From: Terriglobales bacterium | Lineage (GTDB): Bacteria; Acidobacteriota; Terriglobia; Terriglobales; SCQP01 | Assembly: GCA_051959955.1 (NCBI GenBank) | Contig: JBQCEU010000100.1 | Span: 1 to 50,316, forward strand | Direction of reading: 5' to 3' | Length of the DNA: 50,316 bases | Shown here: in pieces, positions 1 through 9,573 of the stretch | Numbering within the stretch: position 1 is the stretch's first letter | How the letters are laid out: each line of letters begins with the position of its first letter | The notes under the pieces: generated by a model | The model's input: only the letters and a program-made list of their open reading frames with translations | Told to the model about the DNA's origin: nothing | Databases searched by the model: none | Program-made: the position numbers and the translations under genes

Positions 1-1903
1 CCGCGGCGCCCTGCTGCCGCTCGAGTTCCGCCTGCTTCGCTACCGTCCCGAGGCATGGCAGCCGCGCGATTCGCTTGCTCTGGCGGCCTACATGTACAAC
101 GTGCTGGCCTCGGGCTACGACAGCAAGCTGATGCGCGAGACTTTTACGGCCAAGCTCGGGCCCGCGCTTGCCGCCCAACTCTTTCCTGAACGCTCGCCCT
201 GGGACATTCCACCGGGCAGCTACCGGGCTGCCTCTGGCCGGCCGGCTGGCCAGCGCAGCGAGCTCCCGGTTTTTGCCGCGGTTTGGGGAGCGGCGACCGG
301 GCGGCACGGCGGCAGTAACAACTGGGTGGTCTCGGGCGCCCACAGCTTCAGCGGGCATCCCATCCTTGCCAATGATCCCCACCTGCAGTTCCAAATTCCG
401 GGCCTGTGGTGGGCGGCAGAGTTGACGTCGCCGCAGGTGGAGGTAGCGGGCGTGGCCATTACGGGCGTGCCGGGCATCATCGTCGGCCACAACCAGGCCA
501 TCGCCTGGGGCGTAACCAATTCCATGGCCGACGTGCAGGATTTGTACCGGGAGACGCTCGACGGCAAGGGCAATGTGCTCACGCCGCAGGGCTGGCGCCC
601 GCTGGAGCACTGGCACGAAGTCATCCGGGTGAAGGGGCAAGGGGAGGTGACCCTGGATGTTCCGGTCACGCCTCACGGTCCGCTAATTGCCTCCGATGGC
701 GGTGGCAAACTGGCGCTCGCCTGGAGCCTGTACAGTCCCGGCGCGCTGCAGGCCACCCACGTTTTTTTCGCCCTCGATCAGGCGCAGAACTGGCAGGAGT
801 TCACCACCGCGCTCGCCGATTTCGGCGGTCCTCCGCAAAACTTCGTCTACGCCGACACCAGCGGTCACATCGGCTACCAGCTCGCCGGATGGATCCCGCG
901 CCGCGCGGGCTTTGACGGCGCGGTGCCGGTGCCCGGCGCCAGCGCGGCCTACGGCTGGCAAGGCTGGATTCCGTTCTCGCAGCTTCCGCGGGTTTTCGAT
1001 CCCGCCGGCGGCATTCTGGCGACCGCCAACGGCCGGATCGCGCCCGACGGCTACCGGCCCACTCTCTCCACGACGTGGGATGCGCCCAACCGCACGCGCC
1101 GGATCTATGCCCTTCTCGGCGGCCTGCCGCGGTGGAATGCACGGGCGATGGGCCGGGTGCAGACCGATGTCATCTCGGAACAGGATGGTGATTTTGCCGC
1201 CGCCCTGGTCGCGGCTGGAAAAGACGTGGTCGCGCCGGCCGCGGTGCAGGCGGCGCTGCACCAGCTCGAGGGCTACCGCGGCGACATGAGCCACACTTCG
1301 GTGGCCGCCACGCTCGCCTACCAAACCCGCGAGGAGCTGCTCCATGAGGTGGTGGCGGCCAAAACAGGCGAACGTCTTGCGCGGAAGTATCACTGGGACA
1401 TGGCGCCGGTGTTCGAGCAATGGCTGGTCCAAGCCCATCCGGCACAATGGCTGCCGCCGGGCTACAGCGGCGCCCACGCCTGGGACCAGTTACTGCTGCA
1501 CTGCCTGGCAGAGGTGGTGGGGCGCGGGCCGCAGCCTTGGGGACGGAGGGAGACGCTTTCCCTTTTGCATCCGATCTATTCCCGGATTCCATTCCTCCGC
1601 CAACATGCCGACCTAGGTCCGGTGGAGCTGGATGGCAGCCCGCTCACGGTCAAGCAGGCCCGCAATACGGCCTTGGGCAACAGCTCGACCCTGGGCCCCA
1701 GCATGCGCTTTATCGCCGACCTGGGGGATTGGGATGACTCTTCGCTGACCCTGGTCACGGGCGAGTCGGGCCGTCTCTTCGATCCCCACTACAGCGACAA
1801 TTTCACCGCATACTTGCGCGGCGAGGGCCTTCGGCTGTGGTTCACCCCCGCGGCGGTGGCCGCGCATGCGGCCCACCATTTGCAGCTCAATCCCGGGCAC
1901 TGA
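1..1903 (+). CDS. Penicillin acylase family (Ntn-hydrolase, peptidase S45) protein, 5'-truncated by the window edge
   Basis: GSNNWVV (N-terminal nucleophile Ser of the beta subunit), LANDPHL and GHNQAIAWGVTN motifs. The frame is open from position 2 (RGALLPLEFRLLRYRPEAWQPRDSL), so the true start lies upstream of the window. Confidence 0.9.
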   Translation, partial: RGALLPLEFRLLRYRPEAWQPRDSLALAAYMYNVLASGYDSKLMRETFTAKLGPALAAQLFPERSPWDIPPGSYRAASGRPAGQRSELPVFAAVWGAATGRHGGSNNWVVSGAHSFSGHPILANDPHLQFQIPGLWWAAELTSPQVEVAGVAITGVPGIIVGHNQAIAWGVTNSMADVQDLYRETLDGKGNVLTPQGWRPLEHWHEVIRVKGQGEVTLDVPVTPHGPLIASDGGGKLALAWSLYSPGALQATHVFFALDQAQNWQEFTTALADFGGPPQNFVYADTSGHIGYQLAGWIPRRAGFDGAVPVPGASAAYGWQGWIPFSQLPRVFDPAGGILATANGRIAPDGYRPTLSTTWDAPNRTRRIYALLGGLPRWNARAMGRVQTDVISEQDGDFAAALVAAGKDVVAPAAVQAALHQLEGYRGDMSHTSVAATLAYQTREELLHEVVAAKTGERLARKYHWDMAPVFEQWLVQAHPAQWLPPGYSGAHAWDQLLLHCLAEVVGRGPQPWGRRETLSLLHPIYSRIPFLRQHADLGPVELDGSPLTVKQARNTALGNSSTLGPSMRFIADLGDWDDSSLTLVTGESGRLFDPHYSDNFTAYLRGEGLRLWFTPAAVAAHAAHHLQLNPGH

Positions 1904-2984
1904 CGGCCAGCACCCGTTCCAGCACCCAACCCACGGACGGGGGCGAACTACGCAGCGCCACGTCGGCCTCGTGGAGCGCGGGCAGCAGCTTGCGCAGGCG
2001 GGCTTCCGGCATGCGGCGCGCGACGGACAGGATGCTGTCGGCGGCGAAACCAGGCGGCCGGAGGCCTTCGGGCAGGGCGCGGTACAGGCCGCTGCGGTCG
2101 GCGACGCGCGCCTCCCGAGCCAGCAGCGCCATCGAGAAGGCGCGACTGAGCTGGAATACCAGGCCGATGGCTTCGCTCTCGCCCTCGCTTGCCAGCCAGC
2201 TCCGGAGCCGGCCCAAGGCCCCGGCCCGGTCGCCGCGGGCCATGCACTCGGCCAGCTCGAAGGCGGAAGCCGAAGCCGCGCCGGTGACCAGGGTCGCGAT
2301 GTCCTGGTCGGTGATAGCGCCGCCTGAGGCGTATAGGGCGAGCTTTTCGATTTCGCGCTGCAGCAGAGCCAGTTGACCTTCGAGCACCTCGGCCAGCCGC
2401 CTCGCCTGGGGGGCGGTCAAGGAGGCGCCCAAATCCATCGCCATCTGCTGGGCCAGTGCCGCGGCCTGGGCCTCGCCCGCCTGAGCACAGGCGATCACCG
2501 GCCCCACAGCGCCCAGGGTTGTTTCGATGCGTTGCAGGCGCGACTTGTCTTCCAGACCCATGCGGTTGCGGTCGGCGGGGATATGAATATGGTCGGCGAC
2601 GAACACCACCACCGCCGTCGGGGGCGAGCCGGCATGTTCGGTGAAGCGCCGCAGATTGTCGGGGAAGGCGCCGTGCTTTTTCTTGCCGGCGGTGGCGGGC
2701 TCTTCGCCGCCCGACTCCGCCGCGGCGGCGCCGCGTCCGTAGAGCTCGCGAGCACTGCGCACCCAAAACACCTGCAGCGGGGCCATCAGGGAGGGGTTCA
2801 AAGCCCAGTCGAGGATCGCGTCCAGGGGAGTGGCGGCGAGGTCTTCGTCGCGCCAGCCGAACTCCAGCGTCTCCGGGGGCAACTGCTCCCGCAGCGCGGC
2901 GCGGAAGCGGTCGCGGAAATAGCTTTCGTCGCCGGCCAGGGTGTACACCGGCTGCAGCGGCTGCAGGGGGAAAGCCGGGCTCAA
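1887..2984 (-). CDS. holA: DNA polymerase III delta subunit
   Basis: PVYTLAGDESYF N-terminus, PSLMAP, REIEKLALY and SAFELAE; directly downstream of lptE as is typical. Confidence 0.85.
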   Translation of the reverse strand: MSPAFPLQPLQPVYTLAGDESYFRDRFRAALREQLPPETLEFGWRDEDLAATPLDAILDWALNPSLMAPLQVFWVRSARELYGRGAAAAESGGEEPATAGKKKHGAFPDNLRRFTEHAGSPPTAVVVFVADHIHIPADRNRMGLEDKSRLQRIETTLGAVGPVIACAQAGEAQAAALAQQMAMDLGASLTAPQARRLAEVLEGQLALLQREIEKLALYASGGAITDQDIATLVTGAASASAFELAECMARGDRAGALGRLRSWLASEGESEAIGLVFQLSRAFSMALLAREARVADRSGLYRALPEGLRPPGFAADSILSVARRMPEARLRKLLPALHEADVALRSSPPSVGWVLERVLAVSARD

Positions 2985-3499
2985 AATGCCTCCAGAATAT
3001 CGGCCACCAGGGTGCGGGCCACTTCCTGGTTGAGCCGCAGAAAGGCGGTCGAGTTTTCCTCGAAAAAATTCTGCTGCTGGGCACTGGTTTGATACTGCTC
3101 GTGGAAGACCAGGTCGTTGTTGCGGAACAGCTCGCGGCCGGAGGGCTCGGCGGTCACCCAGGCTTGCAGATGGATGACCACCTCGACGGTGGTTGCCCGG
3201 CCGCTGGCGGCGTCAAAGGTGACGGGATTGATGCTGACGCTGCGCAGATCGCCGTGGACGGCGGCGTCGCTGCCGGCCAGGGTGGGTTGGATGCGGTAGC
3301 GGGCGCGCTCCTCAAAGGCGCGCGCCACGGCGGCGCTCAAGGCCTGGGAAAATCCCGGCTGGCGGGTGTGGTTGGCGAAGGGCAGGACCGCCAGGACGCG
3401 GGTGCCGGCCGGCAGCACGGCGCCGTGGCCAGCGAGATGGTAGCCGCAGCCGCTGAGGCAGAAAGCCGCGGCCAGCCAGAGGGGGAGCGTGCGCTTCAC
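2981..3499 (-). CDS. lptE: LPS assembly lipoprotein LptE family
   Basis: Lipobox LSGC followed by GYHL; 172 aa; lptE-holA synteny. Confidence 0.8.
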   Translation of the reverse strand: MKRTLPLWLAAAFCLSGCGYHLAGHGAVLPAGTRVLAVLPFANHTRQPGFSQALSAAVARAFEERARYRIQPTLAGSDAAVHGDLRSVSINPVTFDAASGRATTVEVVIHLQAWVTAEPSGRELFRNNDLVFHEQYQTSAQQQNFFEENSTAFLRLNQEVARTLVADILEAF

Positions 3500-4482
3500 C
3501 GGCGGCGCGCCTCGAGAACGGTCAGGGCGGCGTCGAGGCCGGCGTGCACGGTGCGCCGCAGATTATCGAGGGCGGCGGTGATCCAGTAGCCGCCGGCGGG
3601 GTCGCGCCGCGGCGGCCCGAGCTGGATGGTGTCGCTGCCGCCGGCGGCCAGGGCGTCGGGCGCGGGGCATGAAGTCAGCCAGGGGCTGCGCAGGCTGGCT
3701 GTTACGGCCTCCGCCTCGGGTTCCCGCCCGTGCTTGACGTACAACGACAGCAGGGTGGCGTGAAACAGCGGGGCTTGCAGGACTTCGAGCGCCGGCGGGG
3801 CGGCGGCCGGCACGGTGCGGAGCGCGGCGGTTTCGGCGGTAATGCGGCGGCGCAGATCCGCGGCATCACGGCCGGCGCGCAGATTGAAGGCCAACTGGGC
3901 GCCGAAGACTTCCTCGGGAATGCTTTGCAGGCTGAGCAGCCGGGTGGTCTGCTGTTCGAGTTCCCGCATTCCCGGCCAACCCTGCTGGCTGGCCGGCTCA
4001 AACACGGTGGCGGCCTCTGCGGTGGACGGGCCAGCGAGCGCCAGCCGGTCGAGAAGATGGGCGAGGGCTTGGGCGGCGGGATGGGCCACGCGGATGAGGC
4101 GTACCTGCCCGGGGTCTTCGCCGGGAGGGGTCTCCAGGCCGGCCAGAAGCGCGCCGTCGCCTTCCGCCTCGAGCGCACCGGCCAGGTCCACCACAAGGGT
4201 TTGCGGCGCCGCCATGGCGAGCGCCTGCCGGGCTTCCTGGGCAGCGCCCGCCAGCAGCAGCAGGTCACGGTCGGCGAGCGCATCCGGTGTGCAGGCCTCG
4301 GTGGCCATGGGTTCGTCGCCAAACTCGAGCAGACCGCGCTCGGCGCTTTTGCCCGCGCCGGGGGCGCGGACTTCCAGCAGCGCGGGGGGATAGGCGGGGA
4401 AATTCCGCTCGCGCAAGCCCACGGCGAGCTCCCTGCCCAGCAGCGTGGCGGCGCCGACGATGGCGATGCGGTAAGCCGTCAT
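3496..4482 (-). CDS. Aspartate-semialdehyde dehydrogenase-like (Asd/ArgC dimerisation domain) protein, apparently non-catalytic
   Basis: Start moved to ATG 4482 (MTAYRIAIVGA), overlapping the pssA stop (ATGA). Asd-like segments ELEQQT, FGAQLAFNL and DNLR are present; the NPNC catalytic motif is absent. Confidence 0.7.
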   Translation of the reverse strand: MTAYRIAIVGAATLLGRELAVGLRERNFPAYPPALLEVRAPGAGKSAERGLLEFGDEPMATEACTPDALADRDLLLLAGAAQEARQALAMAAPQTLVVDLAGALEAEGDGALLAGLETPPGEDPGQVRLIRVAHPAAQALAHLLDRLALAGPSTAEAATVFEPASQQGWPGMRELEQQTTRLLSLQSIPEEVFGAQLAFNLRAGRDAADLRRRITAETAALRTVPAAAPPALEVLQAPLFHATLLSLYVKHGREPEAEAVTASLRSPWLTSCPAPDALAAGGSDTIQLGPPRRDPAGGYWITAALDNLRRTVHAGLDAALTVLEARRR

Positions 4483-5369
4483 GCCTCGTCCGCGGCCGCG
4501 TGCCGCTGCCGGTAGAGGTGGAGATAGTAAATGGCGCGCCAGCACAGCGCCGAGCCGGCGTAGACGATGACCAGCCCCAGCAGCACCACCTCCGAGTAGT
4601 ACCAGAGGCCCGCCATCAAGGCCGCCAGGCTCACCATGAAGACGTAGGGATGGCGCCGCCCCAGGTCAATCTCCTTGAAGCTGTAAAACCGCCAGGTGCT
4701 GACCATCAGGAAGGCCAGGCCGACCACCAGCGCCAGCCAGAAGCCGGCCAGCACCGGCGAGGTATTGACCGACATAAAGAAGAAAGACGGGGAGGCGAAG
4801 AAATGGACGATGGCGGCGATGGAACCGGCGGCGGCGGGGATAGGCATGCCGACGAAGTAGCGCTTGCCCGGCTTGCCGGGATTGGAAGGGTGGGACTCGT
4901 GGGTGGCGATGTTGAAGCGCGCCAGCCGCGCGGCACCGGCCACGACAAAAAGAAACACCGCGATCTGCGCCACCCGGTTCAGGGCCACCACCGCATGGGG
5001 CGAAGCTTCGAGGAAGCGCAGCCCCCAGACGTAGGCCATCACCGCCGGCGCCACGCCAAAGCTGATCACGTCGGCGAGGGAATCGAACTCGCGACCGAAG
5101 GCGCTGGTGGCGTTGGCCATGCGGGCGATGCGGCCGTCCAACCCGTCGAGGAGAATCGCCCAGCCGATGGCCTTGGCGGCTGTATCGAGGAGGTTGGCCG
5201 CATCGAGCGGCGCCTGCAGGGCAAGGATGCTTTGCTGGATGGCGTACCAGCCCATGCCCAGATTGGCGACGGTGAAGAGGGAAGGCAGCAGCGCCACCCC
5301 ACGTCGCAGCGGCCGGGGCGGATGAGGAGGCGGAGGGGGATTCACGGCGTGAGCGGCAGCGGTGGACAC
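4479..5369 (-). CDS. pssA: CDP-diacylglycerol--serine O-phosphatidyltransferase (CDP-alcohol phosphotransferase)
   Basis: LPSLFTVAN, DGLDGRIAR...FGREFDSLADVISFGVAP, RLARFN and YFVGMPIPAAAG motifs. Confidence 0.88.
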   Translation of the reverse strand: MSTAAAHAVNPPPPPHPPRPLRRGVALLPSLFTVANLGMGWYAIQQSILALQAPLDAANLLDTAAKAIGWAILLDGLDGRIARMANATSAFGREFDSLADVISFGVAPAVMAYVWGLRFLEASPHAVVALNRVAQIAVFLFVVAGAARLARFNIATHESHPSNPGKPGKRYFVGMPIPAAAGSIAAIVHFFASPSFFFMSVNTSPVLAGFWLALVVGLAFLMVSTWRFYSFKEIDLGRRHPYVFMVSLAALMAGLWYYSEVVLLGLVIVYAGSALCWRAIYYLHLYRQRHAAADEA

Positions 5370-5399
5370 GTTGGCAGGGGCCGGAGGCCGACCGCTAAC

Positions 5400-5405
5400 A
5401 TTATA
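5400..5405 (-). promoter_or_regulatory. Putative -10 box (TATAAT) for pssA
   Basis: Perfect TATAAT on the minus strand about 30 nt upstream of the pssA GTG, in GC-rich surroundings. Confidence 0.5.
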
Positions 5406-5442
5406 ACTGCCGGAGGCGGCGCAGGCCGCGAAACGGCACGAG

Positions 5443-5847
5443 CTAGGCGCGCGCCTCGTCCTCGGCTTTGTACATGTACTTGATGATGGCTTTGTAGATC
5501 AGCAGGTTGGGCTCGCCGGTGCGATGGACCTTGATGCAGTGGCGGTCATACCACTCGATCACCCCGCGGACCCGCTCGCCATCGCGCAGCACCAGGACCA
5601 TTTCGGTCTTGGACTGCATCTGCTTCAAGAAATAAAAGCTCTCGGCGTTGGTGGTTTCCGGCGGGACCGGCTTTTTGGGCAGGCGGGCCGGGGGCAGGGT
5701 GGGGGTGGCGGCGAGAGCGGGGGCGGCCGCCGCGCCGCGGCTCAACTGACCACGAACATCGGCGAGAGAGGGGCGTATCAGTTTCCGGTTGCTAACCAGT
5801 TCGGAGTCGGGCGAGCGGCGGGCAGTGGTGTCGTTCAGCGAGGCCAT
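5443..5847 (-). CDS. Hfq-like (Sm fold) RNA chaperone with long N-terminal extension
   Basis: C-terminal ~60 aa ESFYFLKQMQSKTEMVLVLRDGERVRGVIEWYDRHCIKV...LLIYKAIIKY follows the Hfq Sm1/Sm2 pattern. ATG 5847 is preceded by GAGGAG. Confidence 0.7.
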   Translation of the reverse strand: MASLNDTTARRSPDSELVSNRKLIRPSLADVRGQLSRGAAAAPALAATPTLPPARLPKKPVPPETTNAESFYFLKQMQSKTEMVLVLRDGERVRGVIEWYDRHCIKVHRTGEPNLLIYKAIIKYMYKAEDEARA

Positions 5848-5892
5848 AACATTCGGCTCCTCGATCTCCTCCCTGGCTCTCACCTGCGGGGG

Positions 5893-6972
5893 TCAGCGGG
5901 CTGAGGACAGTGCCAGCGCCCAACTGGCTAGCGCCAGCGGCCGGAACGCATTGCGGCGTGCAGCAGCCTGGATGCGGTCCAGTCCGGCGATGGCGTCAGG
6001 CATGCCTGCCGGAGCGATTTGTTGGGCCAACTGCTTGAGTTCGGCCACGGAGTCCACATTGCCGATTCCTGCGGAAAAGTCCGATTGGAGATAAAGAATA
6101 TCTTGCAAGACACTATAGAGAATTTCCAGCAGCGATTCAAACTTTTCTTTGCTGGAGCGGGTAGACTCACTCAGTCGAAAGACTGAGGTCAGCGGCCGGC
6201 CGGCGACTCCCGCTTGAAGAAACTGAAGGACTTCGCGCCTTAGCTCACGATAGGAGTCCAAATTGAACTGCAGGGCGCGACCGGGGCGGCCCTGGGCCAG
6301 GCGGGCCGCCAAGGCGGCGTCGGCGCCGCTGCGCTGGCGCGCTTGCAAAGCCTGGGCCAGTTCATCGGCGGGCAAGGGCGAGAGGCGGACCTCCAGCGCC
6401 CGTGAGCGCACGGTGGGGAGCAGGGCGCCGGGATTGCGCGCCAGGGCGATCAGCACCACGCCGGGGGGCGGCTCCTCCAGGGTTTTGAGCAGCGCCGCCT
6501 GCGTCGCCCAGCGCGCCTGATCAAGATCGGGAATGATCAGGGTCCAGGTCCGGCCGGCATCGGGCAGCAGTTGGGTCTGGTGAATGATGGCCCGCGCCTG
6601 CGGGAGAGAGAGAAAGTCGCCGTCGGGAGGATAGAGACGAATCGCCGGATGCAGGGCCAACTGCAGCGGGGCGGCGGCACGGGCGTTGGTCTTGACTTCG
6701 GCGGCGCGGTGGGTCAGCGCAGCTTCCACTTGCTCGGCCAGATTGTCAAGGCGGGTGGTCTGAACGCAGAGATCGCAACTCCCGCAGAACTCACCCGGCG
6801 CCGGGGGATGGAGGCAGTTCAGCGCCTGGCCCAGCATGACCGCCAGGGTAGTTTTGCCGATGCCATCCGGCCCGGCCAGCACCAGGGTGCGCTGCATGGG
6901 TCCCTGGCGGGAGGCGGCGAGTTGCCGCAACTGTTCCACGGCGGCAGGGTTGCCGATGAAATCACTCCACAT
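5893..6972 (-). CDS. holB: DNA polymerase III delta-prime subunit
   Basis: Start ATG 6972 (MWSDFIGN); GPDGIGKT, Cys zinc cluster (C..FCGSCDLC), ALLKTLEEPP and LLPTVRSR; tmk-holB synteny. Confidence 0.88.
   Translation of the reverse strand: MWSDFIGNPAAVEQLRQLAASRQGPMQRTLVLAGPDGIGKTTLAVMLGQALNCLHPPAPGEFCGSCDLCVQTTRLDNLAEQVEAALTHRAAEVKTNARAAAPLQLALHPAIRLYPPDGDFLSLPQARAIIHQTQLLPDAGRTWTLIIPDLDQARWATQAALLKTLEEPPPGVVLIALARNPGALLPTVRSRALEVRLSPLPADELAQALQARQRSGADAALAARLAQGRPGRALQFNLDSYRELRREVLQFLQAGVAGRPLTSVFRLSESTRSSKEKFESLLEILYSVLQDILYLQSDFSAGIGNVDSVAELKQLAQQIAPAGMPDAIAGLDRIQAAARRNAFRPLALASWALALSSAR
6112..6140 (-). promoter_or_regulatory. Putative sigma70 promoter internal to holB (TTGAAT-N17-TATAGT)
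   Basis: Near-consensus -35 and -10 with a 17-nt spacer in a locally AT-rich patch, oriented toward the hfq-like gene. Confidence 0.55.
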
Positions 6973-7591
6973 GGGTCTGCCCTTCGGCGGCTGCGTCCAG
7001 AGCCGACAGAACCCGGGCTGCCACTGCCTCCACGCTGCCGTGGGCCGGGACGAGGCGGCAGCGCACCGGCTCGCGCGCGGCGATTTCCCGATACGCGGCA
7101 GCCACGCGGGCAAAAAACCCCAAGCTCTCGGCCTCGAAGCGGCCCGCTTCCGGCAGCTTGCGGGCGCGTGCCACGCTCACTTCCGGCTCCAGGTCGAAGA
7201 TCAGGGTCAGATCGGGTTTGAGGCCGTGGCACAAGATGCCGTGCAGGCTGCGGATCGCCTGGCGGTCGAGACCGCGGCCGCCGCCTTGATAGGCCTCGGT
7301 GGCGTCATGAAAGCGGTCGCAGAGCACCCAGCGCCCGGCCGCCAGGGCGGGCTCGATCAGCTCGGCCACACTTTGGGCGCGCGAGGCCGCCATCAGTGCC
7401 AGCTCTGCCATGGGAGCGGGCTGAGCGCCGAGCACCAGGGAGCGAATCTGTTCGCCGACGGCGGTCCCGCCCGGTTCGCGCGTGGTTACCACATCGAGTC
7501 CACGGCCGCGGAGGGCGGCCGCCAGGCGTGCCAGTTGCGTGCTCTTGCCGCTGCCGTCAATGCCTTCGAAGCTGATGAACCGCCCCCGCAT
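6962..7591 (-). CDS. tmk: Thymidylate kinase
   Basis: FISFEGIDGSGKSTQ, TREPGGT, CDRF and AYQGGGRG motifs. Confidence 0.95.
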   Translation of the reverse strand: MRGRFISFEGIDGSGKSTQLARLAAALRGRGLDVVTTREPGGTAVGEQIRSLVLGAQPAPMAELALMAASRAQSVAELIEPALAAGRWVLCDRFHDATEAYQGGGRGLDRQAIRSLHGILCHGLKPDLTLIFDLEPEVSVARARKLPEAGRFEAESLGFFARVAAAYREIAAREPVRCRLVPAHGSVEAVAARVLSALDAAAEGQTHVE

Positions 7592-7637
7592 CCGTCAAGA
7601 TTGTACAACCCGTGACGGCTGCTATATTCAAGAACGG

Positions 7638-8336
7638 ATGGCCGAACTTTCCATTGCCGCCGCCGTGGACCGGGCCCAGCAGGCCATCGCCGCCGCCTGC
7701 GCGCGGGGAGGGCGTCGCGGGGACGAGGTCCGACTTTTGGCCGCCACCAAGACGGTCACGCCCCAGCGAATTCGCGAAGCGTGGGTGGCCGGCATTCGGC
7801 TTTTCGGTGAGAATCGCGTGCAGGAGCGCTTGGCCAAAGAACCGGAGCTGGCCGACCTGGCCGCGGAATGGCATCTGCTCGGTCCTTTGCAATCGAATAA
7901 AGCAGCGCGGGCGCTGCAGGCGTTCGATGTGATTGAGACGGTAGCATCGCTGGATCTCGCGGCCCGGCTGGCGCGCCTCGCTCGCGCTCCGGTGCAGGTG
8001 ATGCTGGAGATCAACCTCGCCCAAGAACCGCAAAAACATGGACTTGCCCCCGGGGAGACGGAGGAAGTAGTTCGCGCCCTGGCGGCACTGCCACAACTTC
8101 GGCTCATCGGCCTGATGGCGGTACCGCCCGCCGCCGCCGATCCGGAAGCCAGCCGCCCCCATTTCGCCGCCCTCCGCGCGCTGAGCGAACGCCTGCGCGC
8201 CATTCTGCCCAGCAGCCCGGAACGATGGGAACTGTCCATGGGCATGTCGCACGATTTTGCCGTTGCCGTGGAAGAGGGCGCCACCCTGGTGCGCCTGGGC
8301 ACGGCGCTGTTTGGTTCGCGCCGGGGGAACCCTTAA
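7638..8336 (+). CDS. yggS: PLP homeostasis protein, YggS family
   Basis: LAATKT, FGENRVQE, WHLLGPLQSNK and LSMGMSHDF..AVEEGATLVRLGTALFG; start moved to ATG 7638. Confidence 0.92.
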   Translation: MAELSIAAAVDRAQQAIAAACARGGRRGDEVRLLAATKTVTPQRIREAWVAGIRLFGENRVQERLAKEPELADLAAEWHLLGPLQSNKAARALQAFDVIETVASLDLAARLARLARAPVQVMLEINLAQEPQKHGLAPGETEEVVRALAALPQLRLIGLMAVPPAAADPEASRPHFAALRALSERLRAILPSSPERWELSMGMSHDFAVAVEEGATLVRLGTALFGSRRGNP

Positions 8337-8346
8337 GGAAACCGTT

Positions 8347-9561
8347 ATGGATCTGCACGCTATCCAGTTGGAATTGAAGGCCCATAAGCTTGACGGCTGG
8401 CTCTTTTATGACCATCACCGCCGCGATCCCATCGCCTATCGCATTCTGGGGCTCCCGGAGGGGCAGATGGCGAGCCGACGCTGGTATTACTTCATCCCCG
8501 CAGAAGGCGAGCCGCGCAAGCTTGTCCACCGGATCGAATCCGCCGCGCTCGATGGCCTGCCTGGGGCGCGCGCGCTGTACTCGCAATGGGCGGAGCTGAC
8601 CGTACAACTGAAATTGTTGCTGGGCGCGGAAGCGGGGCCGCGGATAGCGATGCAGTATTCACCGGGATGCGAGCTGCCGGCCATTTCGATGGCCGATGCG
8701 GGCACGGTCGAACAGGTGCGCGCGCTGGGCTGTGAGGTGGTGAGCTCCGCCGATCTGATTTCGCGGTTCGATGCCGCCTGGACGCCAGCCATGCTGGCCA
8801 GCCATCGGCGGGCGGGAAGGGTCATTGACGCCACCATCCGGGCGGCCTTCGGGCAGGTCCGCGCAGCGTTGGACGCCCAGCGACCGATCAGCGAGTATGA
8901 ACTGCAGCAGTGGATGGCGGAGCGGATGCGCGAGGGCGGGCTGGTGGTGGCCGGGGCCGGCGAGGAGCCAATTGTGGCCGTCAACGCCCATGCCGGCGAC
9001 CCTCACTATCAGCCGCAAGCGCAAGGCTCGGCCGCCATCACGGCCGGCAGCCTGCTGTTGCTCGATGTCTGGGGCAGGGAAGCGAAGGTACCGCGGGCGG
9101 AATCCGCCTTCTACGACGTCACCTGGGTTGGCTACTGCCTGCGGGCGGGCGAATCGGCGCCGCCGGATGCCATGGGGAAGGTTTTCAGCGTGGTGCGGGA
9201 CGCGCGGGAGGCGGGTATCGAGCTGGTCGAGCAGGCGATCACGGCCGGCCGGCCGCTGCACGGCTTCGAGGTGGATCAGAGAGTGCGCAAGGTCATTCAG
9301 GCAGCCGGCCTGGGCGAGTTTTTTGTGCATCGCACCGGCCATTCGCTGGGCCGGGACGTGCACTCCAGCGGCGCCAACCTGGACGACTTTGAAACTCACG
9401 ATGTGCGCCAAATCCTGCCCCGCTCGGCTTTCACCATCGAGCCCGGCGTCTACTGCCCGCAGCAACAGCCGTTTGGGGTCCGTTCGGAGGTAAATCTCTA
9501 CATTGGCGAGGGCACGGTGGAGGTAACGGCGCCGCGGCAGGCGGAAATCGTGAGAATATGA
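8347..9561 (+). CDS. M24 family metallopeptidase (aminopeptidase P-like)
   Basis: Metal-ligand motifs LLDVWG, YDVTW, HRTGHSLG, TIEPG and VRSE; ATG 8347 preceded by AAGGA. Confidence 0.88.
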   Translation: MDLHAIQLELKAHKLDGWLFYDHHRRDPIAYRILGLPEGQMASRRWYYFIPAEGEPRKLVHRIESAALDGLPGARALYSQWAELTVQLKLLLGAEAGPRIAMQYSPGCELPAISMADAGTVEQVRALGCEVVSSADLISRFDAAWTPAMLASHRRAGRVIDATIRAAFGQVRAALDAQRPISEYELQQWMAERMREGGLVVAGAGEEPIVAVNAHAGDPHYQPQAQGSAAITAGSLLLLDVWGREAKVPRAESAFYDVTWVGYCLRAGESAPPDAMGKVFSVVRDAREAGIELVEQAITAGRPLHGFEVDQRVRKVIQAAGLGEFFVHRTGHSLGRDVHSSGANLDDFETHDVRQILPRSAFTIEPGVYCPQQQPFGVRSEVNLYIGEGTVEVTAPRQAEIVRI

Positions 9562-9573
9562 ACATTGCCCACG

